Assembly: GCF_006345805.1 (NCBI RefSeq)
Contig: NC_043015.1
Location: 8,928,001-8,992,000 of the forward strand
DNA from: Octopus sinensis
Taxonomy: Eukaryota
Length of the DNA: 64,000 bases
Direction: 5' to 3'
Shown: piece by piece, positions 39,840 through 54,464 of the stretch
How the letters are laid out: each line of letters starts with the position of its first letter
How positions within the stretch are numbered: the first letter of the stretch is position 1
Made by a program: the position numbers and the translations under genes
Notes under the pieces: model-generated
Databases searched by the model: none
Told to the model about the DNA's origin: nothing
What the model saw: only the letters and a program-made list of their open reading frames with translations

Positions 39840-40630
39840 TAGAAGAGAAAACCAGGATTATGATGGGTACAATGAACTTCGGATCCTGGAGCTGGACAAT
39901 ATCTTGCATAAAGAAAGGAAAGACAAGTTCATCACTGCATATTTCAAGCATATTACTCTACTTCTGGTATTCGAGTACTAATTTTACTACCTTGTTTCAC
40001 ATTTATGTGTTTAATCTGGTGTAATCCCTCCTTTTTTTAGAATGTTTGAACGACTGTCCACAAGAAGGAAGAAACAGCTGAAAGAAATGGAATTTTACCC
40101 ATTGGATTTTTCTATAAAAAATATAGCCATCCCTACACAGAAGCAATACCTGAAGAGTGTTTCTATTGAAATTAGCTTCGTGGTCTTTTTGGGGAAAGAC
40201 CACGAAGGTTGTTAGCAATTATTCTTGTCTCCAAATTCACCTGTGTATATAAATTTGTGTTGTCTTTTTTGTAGGTGTCTGTAATGCTGTTCGAAAATAG
40301 ACATTTATAAACATATTCATCAACCGCGTAACTCTTTTTGTCTTAGCGGAGGTTACGGAAACCTTATTCAAGTTCATTATGTCTCTAATTGTTTCCTTCA
40401 TATCTCTCTGTAGTTGGTTGTTGAAGTTGCAGAATTTAATTTTTCTAATGAGAACGAAATTGTCTCTTTCAAAGGCTTCAATTCTGAAATAGGTGTTGAA
40501 TTTTTGGAAGATTTAAGCCAGTATTTGCTTCCGTTAGATTTCTGCTTTGTATCAAAGAAGAAGAATGTCTATCTCATTCTTAGAATAAATTCCTCCGTTT
40601 TTTCGATAAAAGTTTTGAGGTATTGCTTCT
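39840..40630. pseudogene. PLE ORF N-terminus in two opposing orientations
   Basis: Plus strand FSIKNIAIPTQKQYLK (~40105-40155). Minus strand KQYLKTFIEKTEEFILRMR..LKSSKN..SITDTYKK (40630 to 40200). Confidence 0.65.
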
Positions 40631-40692
40631 ATGTCGGGATGGATATATTTATAGATGGATAGATACATAGATAGATAGACAGAAAGGCATAC

Positions 40693-40773
<81 letters not shown>

Positions 40774-41499
40774 GTGTATGTGTATGTATGTATGTATATA
40801 CATATATATATATATATATCTGTATCTCTCTCTCCATATATATATATATATATACATGTGCCTTTTGATCAACACTGATTTGTAAATATGTTATTGTATT
40901 ACATAATATGAATGCAAAGATAATTTATTATAATCTGAAATTATTATTATCCGGTGAAATAATAATTTCACCGGATAATAATCTTGAGAATGTCAACTGA
41001 TTAAATTAATATGTTAACCCCTCTCACATTTTAAAGTTTTAGGGATACGCCATAAACAAGGAATTAAATCAAAATTTTATCATAATCCGGTAAAGAGATT
41101 CCTAAAGAATCTATGGAAATTATACCTTCACCTTTTTAGTTTAGGGAAATTGCCAATTATAAATGCTGTAAATATCTAACGAAAATATCTCACGCTGGTC
41201 TTAAATATGGTCAGCAGTATAATCTTTGATATGGGACGCATGATATTGAATTTCCCTCTTCCGCTCCCAACTATTTTGCATAATGAAGGTTTCGCAGCAT
41301 CTCTAGCAAGGCCATTCTATTTAGAAGATGGATCAACTCGGCAGTACTTTGAAGTCCATCTAACAACTGCAAATGACGATTTTGAGTGTCCCAACAAGGG
41401 AATCCTTGCTTTAGCGAAATTGATGTGTATTAGAGTACCCACCATGGAGTCAATCCTAAAAAAGGACATATGGTCACACACGAGCAAGAGGTCCAAGGG

Positions 41500-41900
41500 A
41501 AACAGATGACAGTCATGAGCTACTTCATGGAAGCAGAAACCTCATTAACAAATTAAGGCAATCTATTTAACAGAGGACAATCTTTTTCTTTGCAAATGAA
41601 AAGATATCTTCTGCGGTGACCAGTTACATACCACCCAGAACTAGAGATATCTTGTGTATAATACATGTGGTGCTTCAGGTATCATGAAAACCAAATTCCT
41701 CCCAAATCTTATGGTCTTTGTGTACCGCCAGTTTAGAGGACGTCAGGCTGTCAAACATTTTTGAAGCTGTTGGAGACTGTGAAAAAACTCCTGCTGGAGA
41801 GAACAGCTGTTTGGGGGCCATATGTGTGGCAGCAGGTTCCGGCTCGTTTCCATACAGCCAGATACACAATTTTTCTGAGAGAATTTTAATCGCACATTAG
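41500..41900 (+). mobile_element. Decayed maT/DD37D (Tc1-mariner superfamily) transposase
   Basis: Remnants MKTKFLPNLMVF, KLLETVK..LLER and PYVWQQVPARFHT (consensus PYVWQQDSAPCHT). Confidence 0.75.
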
Positions 41901-43254
41901 TGCAGTTGCGGTGATTGGATTGCTCCATCATCATCCATCCGAATTAACTAATTTATCCAACCTGCCAGATACTTCGGACAACAGTAATTTCCCAATGAAG
42001 GTTTTTTTTTCTGTATAAAATATATTAAATCTGATTCGGTAGTGTGATTGTTACTGGATGCTTGCTACTGATAACGCTCAAAGAAATACAAATGTGTGTC
42101 TAGCAATTCTTTCCTTTTCTGCTATACACAGTTTTTGTTACTGACATATTTCTGTGCTTGATATTCATTAAGATATCTCTGTTAGACATGATTCCATTGA
42201 ACCTCACATTGGTTCCGTCATGATAATACACAAACTATACACACAGGAATATTCAGACTAAGTTTGACATGCAAAGCATCCGTTAGTAAGCCGTGTCTTT
42301 CAGTTTAGTAGCGCAGTCTTTGTGTGTTAATTAAATCCTTTCTGTGTTAAACTGTTGATGTACGCATCGCCCCTTTCATATATTCTGATTTAGTGCTTTA
42401 ACGGATCAACATGATCCAACTGTCACCGCCGATTACTTTTACTGAATTACGACACCCATATTTTAGTTGAATTATGACAACCATCTTTTAGTTGAATTAT
42501 GACAACCATCTGTTAGATTTCATCCAATAATTGTCTATTTCTTCTGTCATTTCAGTATTACCTTAGGCTTCCTTCAGTCTTTCAGCCATATTAATTTCAT
42601 TTTACCCGTAGAAAAATATGTTTGCTCACATCAAAAACGATTTTCCAATCCCAAATCCCAAATCCCCAAAATGTTGTTCTCTGGGTTTCTAACAATCCTC
42701 TGCCTTCTATCCTCCTTGCAAAATAGAAACTGGCGATATTCATATCAGGTAGGTCTGTGTTATTTACGGGAAACAACTTCCGTTCTTAATCCAGTATATT
42801 GCACACAATGTATGTCCTCCTAAACATAGCAGGCACTATCTAAATAACCACGAACTGATTGCTTTGATGACAATTGCACATAACTTTACTCTGAGTGATA
42901 TCCGAACCTCTCCTTTACACTCCTGAGATTTGTCTCTCATGTTCATGACAATATATTATCCTGCTGCAGACGTGGGCACAATTATCTTTGGAACTATTTT
43001 GCTGGTCTCCTAATATCATCATATGGTAGCATTGTGTCACGTTATTTAATTTCCTGATATATTCAGATGAAACCACAAAATAACCTTCTGAATTGTTTCT
43101 TTCCTATGAACACGATTCAACGGATTATATTGACCAAAGGGTACGTCGTCCGTGGTAAACCATTTATTCTTTATCTTTCTTTGAAATTATTACAATTGCA
43201 TCGATTGGATCTGACAAGGTGTGTGACATGTAACCCTCGGCGATCGAGTGTTAC

Positions 43255-43312
43255 ACCTAACTGATGAGGATTTGTGAAATCCGAAAGCATTGATAATCCC
43301 GCTAGCTTTAGG
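43255..43312 (+). ncRNA. Hammerhead-like motif with irregular stem III
   Basis: CCTAA CTGATGA GGATTT-GTG-AAATCC GAAA ... TTAGG. Perfect core and stem II, but the stem III and cleavage-site register is disturbed. Confidence 0.55.
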
Positions 43313-44082
43313 GAACATGTTCCCCTTGTCATTCATTAGATAAGTGCTTTCCCGTGGCTAAGAGATATTTGGATTCATATTTCAATGAATGCTGGTGTTG
43401 ACTAGCACCCTTAGCCACCTTAGTGACATCTATACCTGTGACTTTGGGTTGTAAATTTCGAATAATCCACCTTCATAATTTATAGAGAGACAGACAAATG
43501 ACCGTGGCCTTAAACTTTTGAACAGCGCATTTAATAACTGCAGAGAAGATCATACTTGCCTGGATTATGAATGAATATCTGAAGGTTTTTAATTTTCCAT
43601 TACATATTTTGATACTTATATTGTTTCCTTTTCAGTAAATCACGGAATTGTAATTATTCGAACGTACAGAAATTAAAGAGAAGTAAACATTATCGAAATT
43701 GATTCACGTATGCTGCTTTATGCATTGGAATCATTCGGAAAAAAAAAACTAGACAAACACCGTGTGATACTTATAACTGAGGCTATATTTCTGAAAATTT
43801 ACCTGCTGTGAGAGAGAAATAATCAATATATAATTGTTGTCTCACTAACAATGCAGAACTTTTAGCGTCTTACGCCAGTATTAATTGCAATGATGTATGG
43901 AGGTTTCACGAGAAATATCAGCGGAAAAGATCTTTGTATTTCAGACCATTACAACCGTTGTCGACTGAGGCATACACTATCGGCTTGAATATAGTTTTGT
44001 TTCTCCATAATACTACTGGAAGCGAATAACGCATTTGGCACCAAAACCAAATGAATTTTGAAACGAGTATATACCTTCTTAC

Positions 44083-44121
44083 CTCATCTCCTAAATTATC
44101 AACTCTAATTTTTCGTTCATC
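44083..44121 (-). CDS. Candidate 39-nt coding exon (DERKIRVDNLGDE), gene unknown
   Basis: Acceptor TTTATGTTACAG|G, donor GAG|GTAAGA, open phase-0 frame with length divisible by 3. Confidence 0.3.
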
Positions 44122-45458
44122 CTGTAACATAAATTCAAATATATAGAGCATTTAAAATACATTTTGGAGATGATTGTTTCATTTATTCCTCAATGATTTT
44201 TGATATACGTTCAGTAAATTTATTTACTGGCTCTTCTGAAAAGGCAACAGTTCAAGGAAAATTAGATCGAGATATCACGATTTGAGAGGTTGAGATAAAA
44301 TGAAAATATTAATAACAAGGAGGCGTTATACATAACAGGAGCAGTATTGATAAAGTGCTGTCAATAAATACATAAACAATCTAAATAATAGCAATAACAG
44401 CAACTATAATGCGACAATAACGCAATCGTCAAAACGTGTTACTTCAAGATGCATGCTTGAGAGCAGCAGCTTTAATTTCTCTGTTAGACGTCATAACAAT
44501 TACTGCAGTTCAAAGGAAATAAAAAGAAAAGAATAATACAAGATGGGACGAAAAGAAATATTTTGAAAATTAACTTGAGAAAAAGCATAAAATATATGGA
44601 ACAATAATATCTATACAATATTCATTAACCTGTTCTAAAGCCGTAATGGAAAATTAGTTATTAAACAATTATTAATTTATTTGATCAAACAAACTTTGAA
44701 TTTTATATTCTCTTAAAAAACACAACAGTGAAGCAGAATTATTTTTCGTGAATGACGTTTACTAAATGTACGGTAAATTTTAATATAAACAGTATCTGAC
44801 AGCGAACAAATGTTTTGATTTCAATCTCTGCCGTTATCCATTAAGAAATACAACCGTATGTTATCTGATACGGTGTATCCTACATCAAAAATGCACAAAC
44901 ATTTCACATTTCTAATTAAAAATAATCCTAATCTTATCGTAAACGTGATAAATCAGTTTCAATGGTGTAATTATCCGAAGATGAACAAGAACATATAAAT
45001 ATATTTCAAGACAATATACTCAAGTTTCTCAACTCAATAGGCACATTTTTCAGAATGGTTCATACTTGATTTCTATTATTTCTTTATGATTTCGAATATT
45101 TTTTGTGTTGTTTTGTGTACATTTTATTTATTAATGTATTTATTGAGAATTTTAGATTACGTTGATATTTTCAATGTAATTACAACTCGGATCTGGAGAG
45201 TCGTTGCGGAATCGTGAGGTTAAATATATCTTTCTAATTCAATGGAAACGATAAAACATTATTTGCTATATGAGTGGTAATGAATTAGAAAGACAAGATA
45301 CGCCAGTTATTCATTTACTTTCGGGTGATTATGATTAATACGATTCGCAATAATTACTGTAGCGACAGATAATACTAATATTTAGCATAAAACGAATTAT
45401 AATGTTGAACAATGAATATAACAATGTACATATAAGTACATTGTACAATGTAATATAA

Positions 45459-45497
<39 letters not shown>

Positions 45498-45499
45498 AC

Positions 45500-45535
<36 letters not shown>

Positions 45536-46099
45536 ATGCTGTATTTGGTTCATGTTGTTTTTACCATACTCAAGTCTTCAATTTCAGTCTGTCAATTTAA
45601 TAACGTGCCGTTACATTGAATTCGCCGTGAACTTCTATTAAAGGTGTTTATTTTGCTACATGATATTTAATTTGAAAACAATTCCCTATATTGAAATTAT
45701 AAGTAAAACGTGCATCAGCTATTTTACGATGAACTTTAGTTCAAACATGCTGAAGCAATCAAAATAACACTTCATAGCTAAAGTAGTTTAAGCATTTAAT
45801 GAACATAGAATAACTGTATTCCCGGCACGAGGAAAATACTATTATATACTTAATGATTACATTTAGATTTGGTATTTTCAGTGAGTGAAAACACTCGAAA
45901 TAATTGTGTTCCTATTAAATAGAATGAAGTGTCAATAGTACAATCCCTACAACAAGTAATTCGAGAAGACATAATATAGCTGTGTAGACACATAAAATTA
46001 TGACAGTTGCCAGAAATCATGCAACTGACCAAATCATCTCATTTAGTATCCTACGAAAATAGCTATATCCACTTCAGTAAGCCTATAAATGATGGATCA

Positions 46100-47830
46100 C
46101 AAGTAATCCTCACAATTTCTTGCTTCAGTTTACGTTCGCATTTAAAATTTAGCCAATATATAATTTACAATTCATGAAACTGGGTTCAATACACGTAAAA
46201 ACTAAAGATTTCACATGGATTGTTAAAACACCCACTTCGGTACATCGTATAGTTAGTAAACCCAGAAAAGACATGATTATCCCTGACCGCCAACTAGGAA
46301 CTCTCGTATTTATAGTCACCATTTCATACCACTTGTCAAGTGCAAGGGGTGTATCTTCATTCTTGTTATCTCTAAAACATCTCACCTTTTAAGTTTTTAC
46401 TGAGGAAATGTCGTTTAAGGGTAACAATATTTCACACCACCACTACTTTTAGAGCTTTTTATTATTAGTTACGCATTTAAAGTATTTTCGTGGTTGGCAT
46501 ATATTTTCAGGAACTCGGTTTTCTTTTACTCTCACTTGTATACCAGCTTTCAATCACTTGCAGTGGCATTGGTGCTTGGAACGCATCGCATAACCATTCC
46601 CTCCGTTCCATCAATTTCTTTGGTTCGATTTCCACTAATATTTTTCAGCTGGTTCCGGTGTCTCCTTTGTACGCCTTGTCTACTTTTTACACAATACATC
46701 ATTTTACCTATGCATTTGGTAATTACACCATCTTTCTAATTCTGCTTTCCATTCCGGTATGCCCTCACAAACACCTGTTCACCAGTCTTAAAGAAGCTTG
46801 CTATGTCTTCCCTGGGATATTTTCTTTTCTTGCCACTTAGCCGCATTCGAACTCGCGATTGAAGTGGCTATAGTTTTATTCAAAACACTAATGGGCATAT
46901 TCTATACTTTGAATAGTTCCATCTACTCTATGCGGAATAAATTAAGTGAAATTTTAACACATCTACCTTTCCCTTTTTTTTTCACCTCGAAATATTTCAC
47001 TACATACGAATTCAACGAAAAAATATAATCTATTTCCGGTAACACCATGTGTTACCTTATTCGATTTAATTAATTTCCGCTTACCGACATATTTTCAAAG
47101 TGTTTGTTTCTTATGGTAATATCACCTCCAGTGTCTACTTTCATTTTAACACTTGTATTTCTGATTTTCACCTTCACAAATTTACTCATCGTCATACAAC
47201 CAATTTTTTTCCGGTGATATACTCTTTATTCTCTTTTCATTTGTTCTGACATTTTGCCATCTTCGTTCTACAGTGCATCTTTATATTTCCTGTATGAACA
47301 CAACGAAAACACTCTGCTTTTTTAAATGCACTTTTTTCCCCTCAGCTTTATACTTCCACATTCAAACATGGGTATATTTCTTGATTTTTGTCGTGTTTTA
47401 TAGAAAACGCTTCATCTCTATCATGACTATTTCACACTTGTTTTACTTGGAAACAATCTTTACGTTCAATTTCTTCTGTGCCATGTTTTAATTTGACTAT
47501 CCTTTCACATTTTTCTCACACTTGCTGTAGGTTTACATCATAGTTTTCTTCCTGCTTTTTTCCGTAAAATTGACAAATCAAAACAACGACGAGCTTATTA
47601 ATTCTTCGTGTGTTGTTTAAATCCTCGTTGCGAATGTCATACTCCTTAAAATGTTGGATTGCTGAAACGCAGACTTCGGTATACGGTATACTTTGTAAAA
47701 CCAGTAAAGACGGAAATATTTCTGACTGTCTACTACCTACTCTTTCATACTGGCTCGTATTATTCTATTTGTAGTGAGATTTCATGCCTTCTTGTCACGT
47801 GGGTGAGGTGTGACATTATTCATATCATAC
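46100..47830 (-). mobile_element. Old internally deleted Gypsy element with two diverged LTR remnants
   Basis: gag knuckle AECFRCVHTGNIKMHCR (~47300) and integrase C-terminus GEQVFVRAYRNGK..GVITKCIGKMMY..RHRNQLK (~46650-46780). Homologous LTR pieces at 47650-47830 and 46230-46437. Confidence 0.65.
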
Positions 47831-48704
47831 CTATAACAAATATGGGTTGAAATAAAACGAAAGATTCCCAGTAATTTCATTCTCCGTTTAAAATAATTTG
47901 TCACAAAAACGGGGAATTTGTTTAAAAATTTTATTAATTTCCCAAATAAAAATAGATATCTGTGGTTTCGTAATTCCTATTATACGATTAAAATTTGACG
48001 AAAACTAATTATTGAAATATTGAAATACGGTAAAAGTACACGTGACAGATAATAGGGCACTTAAATGGTAGTGATTTCTGCGTCTGCATATACAGGATCA
48101 CTCAGAGATGCTCTCTTTTCGAAAAAGTAGCTGTCAGATACTATGCATATAAAGATACGGTCCCGTTCTCCGTAGGGAATTCTAAATTTATAGAGATTGC
48201 CTTCGGTTTCACGTTAGAGAGACGGTAGCTTAAAAGTACATCAACATTACTACACACATTTTAAAATAAAACTGCTCTCTTACTCTCTTTCTCTCCCTCT
48301 CTATCTATCTATCTGTCTATCTATCTATCTATCTCTTTCTGTCTCACTGAAACACACACACACACATATATATTCTCCCCTCTCCCTCTCTCCAGGTATG
48401 TGTATATATATGTGTGTGTGTGTGTACGCACACACTTAAAATCCATGAAACTAGTTTTATGGTTGCATAAGTAAGCATAATTTTTAGCAAACATATACAC
48501 ATTATTTTCAGGAAGTAAATATAACAAAAACAGAATAATTGATCTGGAGGCCATAAGCAAAATTTATTCAATAAACTACTGAATTTTACCATTTCTAAAT
48601 TAGATAGTCTAGGCTTAAAACTAATACTCTTGATTCAAAGAAACGTAATCATACTTAAACACATACACACATACACAGAAACACACACACACATATATGC
48701 ACAG

Positions 48705-48761
<57 letters not shown>

Positions 48762-48805
48762 GGTGTGTGCATGCATGTGTATATGTATATATATATATAT
48801 ATATA

Positions 48806-49200
48806 TCTTTATATATAAAAGTCAAGTTGTGTGTCTGTCTCCTACGATTTAGATTCCTAACTACTCCCACATTTTGCGGTGCAGTTTCACCAAAACCGGG
48901 TATCTTATAGTCGTGATTCATATCGAGCCCTTCTGGGTAATAGCACGCGTCTACGATGACTCTACGATTTAAAAAAAAAATTACCATCATTTTTTCCCAT
49001 TTTAATGCATTTTTTTCGCTATTATATTAGGGAAGTAACTCTCTAAAAATGTCTACGATGAGTCAACGATTTAAAAAAAAATTACCATCATTTTTTGTCC
49101 ATTTTTAATGCATTTTTGCTATTTTTTGGCTATAACTCTCTAAAAATGGTTATATAGTTATTTCCCTTACAAACCCGAGCAACGCCGGGGGATACTGCTA

Positions 49201-49201
<1 letters not shown>
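48806..49201 (+). mobile_element. Non-autonomous Helitron
   Basis: A|TC 5' end (TCTTTATATATAAAAGTCAAG), subterminal hairpin CCCGAGCAACGCCGGG, 3' CTAG|T. Inserted in (TA)n without TSD. Internal ~100-bp tandem duplication. Confidence 0.9.
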
Positions 49202-49250
<49 letters not shown>

Positions 49251-49714
49251 GTATACAAATAGATTTTACTATGAAGTATAATTAATTCTTAAATCTCATT
49301 CAGAAATTTAATGCTCGCTGTTTTACTCATTCTAGACTCGAAGACGGGATTATGCCCCAAAAGGATTGGATTGTTGGTAATGCTAGTTACTAGGTGGGAG
49401 GGGTGCGCTCCCTTGCTCAAAAGATTATGCGTGGATAACCAGCGGGGAAATACGTTTTCCTTGTTGTGACATAGTCCTTAGCGGTACTGCCACATTACTT
49501 TTGCAACTAAACAAGTATAATAACACATCAATGTATGTATGTATGTATGTATTATGTATGTGTATACACTACATGCATCTTTCAGTTTCAGTCTACCAAA
49601 TCCAATTACAAGGCTTTGTTCAGCCTAATGCTATATTACAAGACCCCAGACCTAGGGTCCATACTATGCTATAGAACACCGAACTATGTGACTACTAAAC
49701 AAACATTTTACATA

Positions 49715-50045
49715 GGTACCGGAGTGGCTGTGTTGTAAGCAGCTTGCTTACCAACCACATGATTCCGAGTTCCCATCTCATAGTTTTGCACCTTGGGCAA
49801 GAGTCTTCTACTATAGCTTATATATATATATATGTACGTGGGTGTGTATGTTTGTGTGTCTCTGCTTGTTACCCTACAACATCGCTTGACAACCGATGCC
49901 GGTGCGTTTACGTCCACGTAACGGTTGGGCACAGGAGACCTATATAATAAGTACTAAGCTTAAAAACAACAATTTCTGGGGTCGATTTGCACGACTAAAG
50001 GCGTTACGTTTGCATGGCCGCTGTCAAAATGATTGGAACAGATGA
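49715..50045 (+). mobile_element. SINE family B copy
   Basis: Homologous to 25166-25556. Confidence 0.85.
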
Positions 50046-50092
50046 AAGAAAAAATTATATTTTTTTGTATGTATAATGCATGCTTCTTTCAG

Positions 50093-50324
50093 TTTCTTTA
50101 TTGCCCACAATGGGCTAAACATAGAGGGGACAAACAAGGACAGACAAAGGGAATAAGTCGACTACATCGACCCCAGTGCGTAACTGGTACTTAATTTATC
50201 GACCTCGAAAGGATGAAAGGCAAGGTGAACCTCGGCGAAATTTGAACTCAGAACATAACGGCAGACGAAATAACGCCAAGCATTTCACCCGGTGTACTGA
50301 AGCTTCTGCAGACGCACCGCCTTA
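50093..50324 (-). mobile_element. SINE family A copy
   Basis: Reverse complement of 627-869. Confidence 0.9.
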
Positions 50325-50624
50325 GCTCATTTTTCAGCTTCTGTCAACCAAATCACTAATATATATATATATGTGTGTGTATGTGCGTGCGCGTATGTTT
50401 ATATGTTAGTGTGTATGATTTTGTCCCCACAACATCGTTTGACAACTGATGCTGGTATGTTTATGTCGCCGTAACTTAGTGGTTCGGCAAAAGACGCCGT
50501 TAGAATAAATACTAGGCTTACAAAGTATAACTCCTGGGGTCGACTAAAAGAATAAAAGAAAATTATATTTACATAAATATAAGTCTTGACACTAATTAAT
50601 ATATCTTCCAAAAGCTAGTTATAT

Positions 50625-51510
50625 ATATGCACACACACACACACCACACACACACACACACACCACAAAGCAAAAAAAAATAATAATAAGTCCTTCCAAA
50701 TCCTTTCAAGAAATTTGTTGACCACCTTCTGAGTCTATTAAACACAATATATACACAGAGCTGATAATATATTGGATAGAAAACCAAATTGCCCTTCCGC
50801 TCAGTATAATTCCTGAATCACCCCCCTTAGTTTCGTTTAACAATATATTCATGCTGTTGTCCCTATTCTGAACAAAAACGAAATAAAAAATATTTTGAAC
50901 AAAAATATCTCCTTCCACAAAGCAACATATTCCCAGAAAACAAAACAAACACACATCAACACACATACATGTACATGCACATGCACACGCACGCATACCA
51001 CAAAATAAAAGGATGCGAATATTTTCCAGACCCATTCACACCATCTTTATTTGCTTAAAACATTACAGACACACACACACACACACCACACACACACACA
51101 CACACCACAAAGCAAAAAAAAATAATAATAAGTCCTTCCAAATCCTTTCAAGAAATTTGTTGACCACCTTCTGAGTCTATAAACACAATATATACACAGA
51201 GCTGATAATATATTGGATAGAAAACCAAATTGCCCTTCCGCTCAGTATAATTCCTGAATCACCCCCCTTAGTTTCGTTTAACAATATATTCATGCTGTTG
51301 TCCCTATTCTGAACAAAAACGAAATAAAAAATATTTTGAACAAAAATATCTCCTTCCACAAAGCAACATATTCCCAGAAAACAAAACAAACACACATCAA
51401 CACACATACATGTACATGCACATGCACACGCACGCATACCACAAAATAAAAGGATGCGAATATTTTCCAGACCCATTCACACCATCTTTATTTGCTTAAA
51501 ACATTACAGA
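50625..51510. repeat. Near-identical 442-bp tandem duplication bounded by (CA)n
   Basis: TCCTTCCAAA at 50691 and 51133. Only a 1-nt indel noticed (TCTATTAAAC vs TCTATAAAC). Confidence 0.9.
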
Positions 51511-51687
51511 CACACACACACACACACACACACATAAACCTACACACACATACACACGCACAAACACACACTCGGCTAACCGTATCCTAAATAGAAACTT
51601 GCTATTCGATTTAAAAAACATATCTTCAACTCTATAGAATTCCTGACACTTGACCACTTTCAACCCTATTTCACACCCGGACATTGA

Positions 51688-51727
<40 letters not shown>

Positions 51728-52028
51728 TAGAAGGAATAGCTAAGATTTTTTGACTGCTATTTCTAAACTTCGGTGAACCCTAATTATATAGTAAATATAT
51801 ATATATTAATTTAAGATAAAATTCCAAACATGTTTTTTTAAATATACGTTTCCGTTCTTTCCACCTTCACTATGCGTCTATACATTTCTCCCCGTAAGCT
51901 TTCCGCATATCACGGGCTGGCCCAAATTTCGAGATGGAAAACATTGCAGTACATCACCAGTAGAGTATGCTATTACTGCATCCATCAAACAGTTAGAGGG
52001 TGCTTCTACACAATGATACGAAGATGAT

Positions 52029-52088
<60 letters not shown>

Positions 52089-52149
52089 CCATGCGACATC
52101 AAAATATTTGAAGAAAGCGAGCAAAGGCTAAACCTACATAGACATTTGA

Positions 52150-52810
52150 ATTCATAATTAAGGAATAAATCCAAACTTACAGGGGAAAATCAGATTTAGG
52201 ATTAAATCCAATTTTATAATATAAAAAAAATGTATGTAATTAGATATAGACTATTACCGATATTAGATTATAGGTGGGTTTCTTACCTTAAAATTAAAAT
52301 TAATATTTAACATGATAATCGATTTTGATATAATTATAATCGTTAAATTATTATATTATTTATATCTTTAAAATATTGTTTAAATATTTTTGATTATTTT
52401 AAAAATATTTCAATTAACTTGAAGATTGACTGTAACCACAATTCGAATTATTAATTGAATTTAAATAATTGTTATTCGAATTGGTACAGCTATGAAACGA
52501 TCGTAGTGTTTTACTTTTTATCTTTTATTAAACTTTTAATACTTTTGATATTTATATAATAAAATAAATAAAAAAAATAATAAATAAAATAATATATAAA
52601 TATAAAAATATACATACAGACACACACAAATATATACATATATATATATATATATATATTTGTATATATATATTTAAGATATGAAAGTTTAAATTATTAA
52701 TTTTTTTTTTAAATTTTAACTTTTATATTTTTAAATTAATTTTATGTATTGGCTTATGTTTTTCACTGTTTGTTTTGCCTAATAGTGGTTTTATCTCTAA
52801 TTTAATATAA
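52150..52810. mobile_element. Old fold-back PLE-type element of the 39115 family with degenerate long-stem-II hammerhead (52416-52508)
   Basis: Inverted tail at 52150-52230 matches 39120-39180. TTGAAGA ... CTGTAACC/GGTACAG ... GAAAC-GATC-GT-A-GTG, then a tail matching 39470-39510. Confidence 0.6.
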
Positions 52811-52897
52811 TATATATACATATATATATATATAAAACACACATATACATATATATAATATATATATATTATATATATATATATATATTATATATAT

Positions 52898-53860
<963 letters not shown>

Positions 53861-54135
53861 ACACGCTGACATAGAATCAACGTTGAAACCTTTATTCGCA
53901 AAATTACCGAATCTGGAACTCAACTATGGTCTGTCTATAGCACTTTTTCAGCATTACCTTTGGGTCTTGACACCATTACCTCTATAACCTGAATATATAC
54001 ATATACACACACACATATATATGTGTGTGTATGTATATAAATATATACAGACATACACGCCCGCGCACTCATACACAAATATACATATGTACATACGCAC
54101 AAACATATGTAAATATGCGTGTGTTTGTGCGTGTC

Positions 54136-54174
<39 letters not shown>

Positions 54175-54325
54175 TATACCGGAGTAAACACATAAATGTG
54201 AAACAAGGTGGATAAAAAAGTACTCAAATACCAGTGGTAGAGTAATATGCAAAAACCGTCCGATGAACGGAAACGGGAAACTCAGAGTAACATGTTTTGT
54301 TGAATTTTCTGCTACTTTAAATAAA

Positions 54326-54464
<139 letters not shown>

